From: Piromyces finnis finn
Taxonomy: Eukaryota; Fungi; Neocallimastigomycota
Assembly: GCA_002104945.1 (NCBI GenBank)
Contig: MCFH01000182.1
Coordinates: 1-20,640 of the forward strand
Reading direction: 5' to 3'
Length of the DNA: 20,640 nucleotides
Shown: piece by piece, positions 10,878 through 20,640 of the stretch
Layout of the letters: each line of letters begins with the position of its first letter
How positions within the stretch are numbered: position 1 is the stretch's first letter
Position numbers and translations under genes: made by a program
The notes under the pieces: model-generated
Told to the model about the DNA's origin: nothing
The model's input: the letters and a program-made list of their open reading frames with translations, nothing else
Databases searched by the model: none

Positions 10878-13341
10878 TTAATTTTCATCATTTGAAGAAT
10901 TATTTCTACTTTCTTCTATGGTAAAGTTTCTGTTTTTTGCTTTTAGATATATTAACACCACCACTGTAATAAATAATAGAATACATACTGAAATAATAAT
11001 AATCGTTAAAAGAGGTGACCTTTTATCCTCTTCAGTTTCTAATAACGGATTATTTGATACATTTCTTAATATTTGAATTAAAAACGTAAAATAATATAAT
11101 TAATAATTTAACATCATAATAAAAAGAAATTTATATTAAAGTATATTTAAATTTATATTTTGATAGAGTAAAACTTATTTACAATTTTATATCCTTTTTT
11201 TTTAATTCTTTTGGAATGGAACCACTTAAATTATTATCATTTAAGAGTCTATTTTGTTTTTCATATTAAAATAATATTAACAATAAAATAAAAATTGTAA
11301 ATATATTATATTATATTTTGTTAACTTGTTCAATAAATAATAAAAACTTTTAATTACAAAGATTTTAAATTAGATAAATTTCCTAGCTCAGATGGAATAG
11401 ATCCTGATAATTTATTAAAAGATAAATCTCTATATTATACAAAAATAAGATATTATGCAAAAAAATATGTTATATTTTTTATTATTAATTATCATTATTA
11501 TTGTTGTTGTTGTTATTTTTATTTTAATTACAATTTTTCCATATTAGTTAGCTTTCCAAGTTCAGGAGGAATAGAATCTACCAGAAAGTTATCGGATAAA
11601 TCTCTATCATATTAAATTATACATTTAATATTAAATATAATAGTAAATATGTAATAATATTCATTTATTAAAATAAAGTATGTTAACATTCAGCAATTAC
11701 AATGTTTTTAAATTAGACAAATTTCCGAGTTCAGAAGGTATAGAACCAATTAAATCATTTATATTAAGTTCTCTATTTTAAATAAAATAATAATTATGTA
11801 TATTACATAATAAGTAAATATTTAATTTTAAATAATAATGTTTTAAAATTTTTTAAATATATACAAATTCTTTAATTTTGATAATTTTCCAAATTCCCGA
11901 GGTATATGTCCAGATAAATAGTTATATGAAAAATCACTTTTTTATATTTAATAAAATATTAAGTATCAATCAATAAATGTATAGTATTTAATATACTAAT
12001 TAATATATTACATCAACTATAAATATAAATATTAAACCCATTTATTATTACATTCTTTCCAGATTTGATAAATTTCCAAGTTCGGATGGTATTTTACCAT
12101 CTATTAAATTTTGATCTATAACTCTTTTCAAATGAAAGTTATGGGAAATAATAAATTATTATTTAATAGTATTTAATTGATTGATATTTAATTATTATTT
12201 TTAATTAATTACAATGTTTTTAAATTTGATAATTTTCCAAGTGAAGAAGGAATTGAACCTGTTATATTATTTCTAGTAATATACCTTTTTTTTTTTCGTA
12301 TAAAGTATATAATAAATTAATGCCTTTTTCATAAACATGTAACATAAAATGATATCTAAATAGTTACATTTCTTTCAAATTTGTTAAATTTCCAAGTTCA
12401 GATGGCAAAGTACCATTTATACTTTTTCCATGCAAATATCTTTAATGAATTAAAAGTAAATTCAAAATTTAATAAACATAACAATAATAATTAATATAAG
12501 AAATTTTAATAAATACAGTACATATATTCTAATTTTGATAAGTTTCCAAGTTCAGGTGGTATGGTACTAGATAATTTATCTCCATATATATATCTATTGA
12601 AATGTACAAAATATGTTATTATAAATATAAAAACATATTTGATGATTAATAAAATAATATAATTAGGTAAAAAAGCATTTACAAATATTCTAGATTTGTT
12701 AAGTTTCCGAGCTCAGATGGTATAGAACCTTTTAAATTTTTTCCACTTATACTCCTGTTTCCAAATAAAAATATATATAAATATAAAATCATTTTTTAAT
12801 AGATATAATATTTATTATGTATTATAAAGCATTACAAATATGTTAGATATGTTAAATTTCCAAATTCAGGTGGTATGGATCTATTTAAACAGTAAAAATA
12901 TATTTGAATATTTTATTAATAAATATTATAAAATCTTGAATATATAATGATCATTTATATAAAAGTAATATTAGTAATATTAAAAAAAAAAAAAAAAAAA
13001 CGTATTACTTTTCATTTGTAATATCTTCAACTTCATCAGAATTTGAATAACCAAAATTAAAATTTCTTTTATTTAATAAAAATTGTTATTAATACTACTA
13101 ATAAAAAATATTTACAATTATAAATATCTAATAATGAAATAAATATTTTAATATTAATTCATTACATTCTAATTATATGACCATCATCTGAACATATAAT
13201 ATTCTTGTGTATACAACAATCAAATGATAGATCTATATTTAATAATTTATTTACTATTTCACATTCTTTATTAATATCTTTTTCAGCAAGTATAAATTTT
13301 ATTATAAAAATGAAATTAATCAATAAAATAAATATATTCAT
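10878..13341 (-). CDS. Gene A: intact LRR receptor-like protein (signal peptide, Cys cap, about 11 LRRs, single TM, short cytoplasmic tail), 392 aa, 14 exons
   Basis: Exons 13341-13166 (176 nt), 13065-13009 (57), 12880-12836 (45), then nine of 72 nt (12754-12683, 12593-12522, 12439-12368, 12284-12213, 12123-12052, 11936-11865, 11772-11701, 11603-11532, 11429-11358), 11248-11183 (66) and 11064-10878 (187). Sum is 1179 nt, open to TAA, all introns GT-AG and phase 2. Repeat e.g. LDLSFNKLSGSIPSELGNLSNLKS; TM LLTIIIISVCILLFITVVVLIYL followed by KAKNR; many NLS/NLT glycosylation sequons. Confidence 0.93.
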
Positions 13342-14572
13342 TATCAAAAATATTTTTATACTATTTAAAAATAATAAAATGAAAGGTATAATAAAAAAAA
13401 ATCCTACTAAATCTATTATTTTTTAAAAATACTTTAATAACTTTTATAGGACTATTAATAAAAATTAAAAATAAAATTTTCCATCCGTGTATGGAATAAG
13501 GTTCAATGATAAATTGTAATTATTTATGTTTTTAAGAAAAGTATTAATTTTCTTTTTAATGAACTTTAAATTATTTAATTTTATTTTGAATTATGTTAGC
13601 TCTGTTTAATTGTACTATTTTTCTATTATTTAAACTATTTGAAATTATCATTTCTCCCGATAGCATATGGCTAACAATACAAAATACTATAGAAATACGC
13701 TCTATATAGAATTAATAAGAATTAATGAATAATTTTCCTATTTCTAATAATTAAAGATACATAATTCTATATGGACTATTATAAAAAATATAACATTTAA
13801 TTATTAGCTATTTTTGATGTTTCCTACATTTATATACATTATTTAATATTTTAATACAATAATTACTTATATAATGAACTATAATTTTTATTATTTTATA
13901 TTTCATATCTACTAATTATTAGAATGACTCAATTTAATAATTAAAGCCCATTAAATAAGAATAAATATATTATATTTATTGTTTTTAATCAGCATAGATT
14001 AAAAGGTTCAGTTCCTTTACATAATATGTAAATTGACATATTTAATTATGTTTTAATAAAAGTTTTATACTAATTTTCTATGCTATTTTAAATTATAATT
14101 TTAATATATCCTTTTTTTCTCAAGTATCATTTAAAAAAAAAACAAATAATTCATCTTAAATATTGCTATAAAAATTAGTTATTTAAAATATATTCTCTCT
14201 TTATTTAAGCTTTACATAATTATTGTTATTTATTTTATTGAGCTTTTCTATTAGAATTGGACTATTACAGAAACAATTTATTAAAAATAATGTTTTCGTT
14301 CGTTGTGTTAATTAGAATGTCAGATAATGGCATGCACTCATAGAGATTATATAATGTATAGATAGGGTGAAATGTATTAAAATTGGTAATCTTGTTGTGT
14401 TTTATTTATATTTCCATTAATTTTTATAAATATACAATTATTACATGAAATAATTTTTGTTTATCTTATTATATTATATATATATATATATCAAATAAAA
14501 TTAAACAGTATGACAATTTTAGTTAATATTTTTATACACTAAATTGAAAATAAAATGAATTATTTGAATTTA

Positions 14573-14603
<31 letters not shown>

Positions 14604-16541
14604 TATGATTTGTTATTTTGTCAACTTTTGATATTGAAGTACCCTTATAAAATAATATTTTATTATATTATTAAATTATCATTAAATAACAATATTATTA
14701 TTATTATTATTATTATTAAATTCTTTTTAAATATATTTTCTTTTATGTTTGAATGAGGTTTTTTCGATTGTGTAAATATTTGAAACGATATTAGCCCTTT
14801 CAAGTGATTAAAAAATAGGAGGTGTATTTGAAAAAGAATTATTATTTATTCGTATTTACCAAAGTAACATATCCTAATCCTAATTTATAGGAGAAAATCT
14901 CAAGTGTAAAACCAGAAAATAAAACATGGTAAATTAGTTTTTATCATGATTTAGACATTAATTTAGTTTACATTGGAGATTAAATTATATTTTTATCTGG
15001 GTGAAATGTTTAATACTTTCATAATTAAACTTTCATATACAAAAACAAATAAATTTTTAGAATAGAAGAAAAAAGAAAATTACTTTCTTAACAAAGAACT
15101 TTTAATATTTTCTAAAAATAATAATATTTTTATAATATTTATTTGTATTTGCTTTTACTTAATAAACAACTATTATTAATAGAAAGCTGAAATAATGACA
15201 TGGCTTCAATTAAATATGTAATATAAACAGTTTATAAAAATTAAAAAAAAAAACCTCAACATTTCATTATTAAATTTTATTTTTAACAAAGAAATTATAT
15301 ATTAATTTTTAAAAAAAAATAAATAATAGAGATAAAGAAATAAACATTGTAAGTAATAGTATTTAAAGTATTTAAATAAAATTTTATTTATTATTGACTG
15401 TGATATTTTTTAAATTATATTATATCTACATATTGACATAATTTAAAAAATACGAATTATTAGATATAAACAATATATTTAATAAACTTGTTTTTATATA
15501 AGTATATAAGTAGAGAATTAGAAATTATTAATTAAAGATATTAACTTATTTAAATGCTTTAGATTTTAAATTTTTTGATTAGTTATTTTTTTGTATATTT
15601 CAATTAAGATTTTGGAAAGAATATATTAGAACCTGAAAGTTATCGTATATTAAAGATTTAAAATTTAAATGACTAAGTTGTAAACTTTATTTAAGATATA
15701 ATAGTTTCTTGAGTCTTGAATGTTATATCATTGTTCTAGTACATAAAAAAAATTAAAATTGTTTATATGTTGGTTTATTCATACTAACAATAAATAAACA
15801 ATTCAAATATGGATTCTAGTCAGTCCTAAAAAATAATTTATATCTTATATTATTAATATTATTTTTTCCTCTAAATTATATATAATATATATGATATATA
15901 CATCATGTTAAGTTTATATCTTAATTTATTAATAAATTTTCAATAAATATAATTTCCTACATTTTTAATCCAATTAAAGTTAATAAGAGTATAAAATTTT
16001 TATTTTATTTTTTTGTTGTTGGAATTATTACATTTTTTGTGGAAGATGTTATTAAATTTCCCTTTTTTTTTTTATGAAATTAACTTGTGTGGAATTCAAA
16101 TTAATTAATATATTAATGATATAATTGGTATTTAATAAAAGTGGAATCAATTTATTATTTCTTTAATAATAATACTAATTTATTCAATTTTTATTTTTTT
16201 TATTTCAATTATAAGTTTATATTTATTATAGAAAATATATTAATATTAATAGTTTCTTGTTGATCATATATTATATACTAATTAAGAAAAAGTAAGTATT
16301 CTCAAAATTTAATAAATACTCCATATAAGAAAAGAAAGAAAGGAGTGTTAATTTTAAATTTATTGATTTGATTTATTTTATTTATTAATATATAATATTT
16401 ACTTTAATTTATAGTTTATTGAAAGTTCTATTTTAAAATAAAATAAATAAAAATTATTTTATTTATATTTTATTCATTTAAATTATTAATAATAATTGAT
16501 AACATATTTAAAAAGATGTATATTTGTAGATCTATTTGCTT

Positions 16542-19079
16542 TCATGAACAATTAGATACTTTAACATTTTTTAGAGTATTGCCAATTGTACTAGTTTTAT
16601 TTCCATTATCATAGATTTTCCTTTTAGTTTTTAGATATATTAATAATATTACTATAGCAAGAACTAAAATACATATAATTGCAATAATTATATATGAAAT
16701 TGATGAATCATTATCTTCAGTTTCTAATAACGGATTATTTGATATGTTTCTTAATTTATAAATTTAAGTTAATACATGTAATTATTAATTTAAAAAATGA
16801 TAAAATATATATTAATAGATTAATAGTATAGTTTATTTACAATTTTATTTCCATTTTTTTTAATTTTTTTGGAATTGAACCACTTAAGTTATTTTCTGCT
16901 AAATTTCTATAAATTATACAAAGTAAAAAAAAGTTATATGTTACTTATAACATTTTATTTCATATTATTTTAATTAAAAAAAATTTAATTACAAAGATTT
17001 TAAATTTGATAAATTCCCAAGTTCAGGTGGAATAGATCCTGATAATTCATTATGAGCCAAGAATCTTTCAATTATAAAAACAAATTATTAAATATAGAAA
17101 TTATTATTATTATTATTATTATTTTAACTACAGTTTTCTAATTTAGATAGTTTTCCTAGTTCTGGTGGAATAGAATCTACTAAATAATTACTACTTAAAT
17201 CCCTAAAAGTTAAAATTTAATAATAAAGAAATTATTAATAATTATAATTATTTAAAAAATTATAGAAATATATGACAATTAAAATTACAAGGTTTTTAAA
17301 TTAGATAGGTTTCCAAGTTCAGGAGGTATAGGACCAATTAAATCATTTAAATCAAGATCTCTGTTTTAAATAAAATTAAATTTGCATGAAATAATATTAA
17401 AATAAGAATTATTATATAAATAATGTTATTTTAATTTATTCTTTTTTTTAATACTTACAAATTTTTAATTTAGATAATTTTCCTAGTTCTGGTGGTATTT
17501 GACCAGATAACGTATTATTGGAAAAGTCTCTATTTTACATGTCATTTGAAATATTAATAAAAGTAAAAAATTTATTAATAATTAACATATTATTAATTAA
17601 TTACTATTAATATTTATTTAAAAATCTTATTAATTAATAAAAAAGCGAAAGTATTACATTCTTTTAATTTTGATAAATTTCCAAGTTCAGGTGGTATTTC
17701 ACCACTAATAGAATTTTGATCTATTACTCTTTTCAATTAATAATACGTAAATGGTGGAATTATTAAACTATTATTAAATAGTTTTTAATTAATTACTATT
17801 TATAAATATTTTTTATTACAATGTTTTTAAATTCGATAATTTTCCAAAATGAAGAAGGAATTGGTCCTGTTAAATAATTTCTTGAAAAATACCTATTATA
17901 AATAGAATTATAGATAAATTAATAATAGAATATAATAATACTTAATACTTTTTTTTCATTTTTCTTTAATAAATATTTAATTAATAAACATTACATTTCT
18001 TGCATATTTGATAAATTTCCAAGTTCAGATGGTATAGTACCATTAATATATTTTCCATGCAAATATCTATTATTAAAATTAAAAAATAATTAAAATCATA
18101 GGGATTATTACAAATATAATAAATGTGATAAACATAATTACATTTTATTAATATAAATAATTTAATAACATGTACATATAAAATAATTTTTTTAAATTCC
18201 CAATTTCAGGTGTATAGAAGTAACCAATTTATCTCCATATATATATCTTTTTAAAAATTAAAGTATTTATTGTAATTTTAAAGTTAATATAAAAAATAGA
18301 TATAAATAATAATGTAATAATCAAATAGAAAATTTTAAAACAATTACAAATATTCTAAATTTGTTAAATTTCCAAGTTCAGGTGGTATAGAACCTCTTAA
18401 GTTTTCTCCTTTTATACTCCTATTTTCGAATAAAAATATAAATATTATATATTATAAATATAAAATTGAATTATATTTTATTATATATTATATATTATAT
18501 ATTATTTATTATAAATTTTACAAGTATGTTAAGTTTGTTAAATTCCCAAGTTCAGATGGTATGCATCTATTTTAATCATTTAAAAAATATAAAATCTTAA
18601 TATAATAATAAATTATATATATAATAATATTAATATAGAAATAATTAATTAATTACTACCTATATTTATCATTTGTAATATCATCTTCTCCATCAGTATA
18701 TTTAATATCTAAGTTTCTTTTATTAACATGAATAATAAAGATGAATAAAGAATATTAAAATTAAAAAATATAAATCACATCACTTTATAAATTTTAAATA
18801 TTGTTGAATATTAAGATTGGATATTTAACCGATTAAAAATATGCTTTAATATTTTTTAAAAAAATATCATAATTAACAAAATATTAAAATTTTGATTTAT
18901 TACATCCTCGTAATATGACCATCATTTGAACATAAAATATCTCCATGTGTACAACAATCAAATGATGGATCTTTGTTTAATAATTTGTTTACTCCTTCAC
19001 ATTCCTTATTAACATTGGTTTGTGCATAAATGAATTTTACTATTAAAATGAAATTAATTAAAAAAATAGGTATATCCAT
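16542..19079 (-). CDS. Gene B: paralog of gene A, same 14-exon LRR receptor-like architecture; five 1-nt indels (sequence error or pseudogene)
   Basis: Exons 19079-18904 (176), 18716-18660 (57), 18566-18522 (45), 18419-18348 (72), 18246-18176 (71), 18066-17995 (72), 17892-17820 (73), 17728-17658 (71), 17529-17459 (71), 17360-17289 (72), 17202-17132 (71), 17064-16993 (72), 16906-16841 (66), 16749-16542 (208; LNISNNPLLETEDNDSSISYIIIAIICILVLAIVILLIYLKTKRK...VKVSNCS*). Exon-for-exon similarity to gene A. Confidence 0.85.
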
Positions 19080-20075
19080 TTTCAATGAATATTTTTATTA
19101 TTTAAAAAAAATAATATTTTTTTTTTTTTTTGTTAAGTAAATATATATATTGATATATTTTTTGAATTTATAAAAAAAATCTAGTTAAGTTTAATAATTT
19201 AAACTATTTTTAAGACCTTTAAAATAATTTTTATCCATATTTTATAATTCTGTTTTAATAAAATAATTAAAAAAATATAATAAATTTAAATAATCATATA
19301 TTATAAATTATGAAAGTAGGTTAAATTTTGACTATTTATTTTTATTAGCAAATACATAAATATTTAACTACTTATTCATTTCCAAATATAATATATCATA
19401 AAATGGTATATTATAAAATATCATAAATAAGCCTTTAAAATAAATCTTAATTTTAAATAAAATAAATTAATATATTTAAAAATTGTTATATAATTCAATA
19501 ATAAATATTATAACCTATCAAAAATAGATATTTCTTTTTTAAAATATATCATATATATACATATCTAGTGTAAGTTAATTTTTAATAAAATCTTTTTAAG
19601 AAATAAATTAAGCAATTTAAGTTTTGAAAAATAAAAACTTTAATTCATGGAGATTATTTACTTTCTTGAGCAATTAGATAGTATAGTTTTCAATAGTTCG
19701 ATTACAATATAGGATTAATAAATAAAAATAATAAAAATCAATATGATTGCTTTTCTTTTAGTAAATAAGTACAAAGCAAAAATAATTAAAAATATTAAAA
19801 AAAAAGGATTAAAATACATTTTTTATTAAAATTTTAATTTTTTTTAAATTATTGAATAAAAATATATAATAAAATGTTATATACAAAGTATTAAATTTAA
19901 TATCAATTGTAAATCATTATTACTTAATAATTAATAACTTTAAATTATAATTATTTTATTAAATCATATTATAATTAATATAAAAAAGTATACTTTCATT
20001 TAATAAGAATCATTATAATTAATACTATTAATCAATATCTATGTTCATTAGCAATAACCATTTAGTATTTTCCAA

Positions 20076-20620
20076 TTAGCAATTAGACAGAATGTACATT
20101 TTGGTTATTAGATATTGAATTACTTTTTCTATTTCCCATAAATTTTCTTTTTAGTTTTTAAATATATTAATACTATTACTATAATAAGTATTATGATGCA
20201 TATTGCTATTATAATAATAGTTACAAGTGATGAATCATTATCTCCAGTATTTAAATAATGGGTTATTTGATACATTTCTTAATATTTAAATTTAAAGTTA
20301 TAAATAAAAAATTATTATTATTTAATATGCTTATATATTTTTTCCTAAAATATATTTATATTTTATATTAATAATAAAGATTAATTACAATTTTATATCC
20401 ATTTTCTTTAATTTTTTTGGAAATTGAACCACTTAAATTATTGTCTGCTTAAATATTTCTATTATTTATAACCAAAAAAAAAAAAATTATAAAAATATCA
20501 AATATTATAGGTTACATTTTATTTATACTATAAATATATCTTTATTACAAAGATTTAAATTAGTTAGATCTCCAAGTTCAGGTGGAAATAGACCCTGTTT
20601 AATTTTTTATTTTTATAATT
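20076..20620 (-). CDS. Gene C: 3' end (last three exons) of a third A/B paralog, running off the window edge; many 1-nt indels
   Basis: Exon ~20620-20549 (…GSIPPELGDLTNLKS, acceptor not visible), exon 20458-20389 (…ADNNLSGSIPKKLKKMDIK; 70 nt vs 66 expected), and terminal exon 20277-20076 (LNVSNNPLL…DNDSSLVTIIIIAICIIILIIVIVLIYLKTKKK…SNC*) after correcting extra bases in T/G runs. Confidence 0.8.
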
Positions 20621-20640
20621 TTTTAAAAAGTAATTTTTAT

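Noticed and set aside
13205-13426. Supplied 73-aa + strand ORF
   Set aside because: Antisense shadow of gene A exon 1; low complexity with no independent coding signal.
14260-15010. Slightly GC-richer intergenic patches, possible transposon relics (about 44-codon open stretch on the minus strand near 14400-14265)
   Set aside because: No recognisable transposase, RT or integrase motif, and no terminal repeats or target-site duplication.
9190-15545. Shared ~30-nt motif tagagaattagaaat at about 9212 and 15511
   Set aside because: Short and AT-rich; the similarity does not extend convincingly and may be chance.

Overview
Extremely AT-rich (roughly 85% or more A+T, estimated by eye) eukaryotic DNA with short GT-AG introns and the standard genetic code. 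An anaerobic gut fungus (Neocallimastigomycota) is the best guess; this is inferred, not proven. The ORF track misses almost everything because the genes are split into tiny exons. Read by hand, the window is a minus-strand cluster of five leucine-rich-repeat (LRR) genes in which essentially every LRR is its own symmetric phase-2 exon. Gene D (4884->365, 3' end not found) has a signal peptide, a Cys cap and 26 LRR exons of 60-69 nt. Gene E (8813->6593) is a decayed LRR / Cys-rich / scaffoldin-like gene. Genes A (13341->10878, intact, 392 aa), B (19079->16542) and C (partial, right edge) are tandem paralogous receptor-like proteins: signal peptide, Cys cap, about 11 plant-type 24-aa LRRs, one TM helix, short tail, no kinase. 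Gene D preserves a recent mid-exon-to-mid-exon 150-nt duplication that created a new chimeric LRR exon. A versus B differences are enriched at predicted ligand-binding positions. Together this looks like a modular, exon-shuffling surface-receptor repertoire. Many +/-1 homopolymer indels in B, C and D, and an inverted copy at the left edge, may be assembly artefacts.
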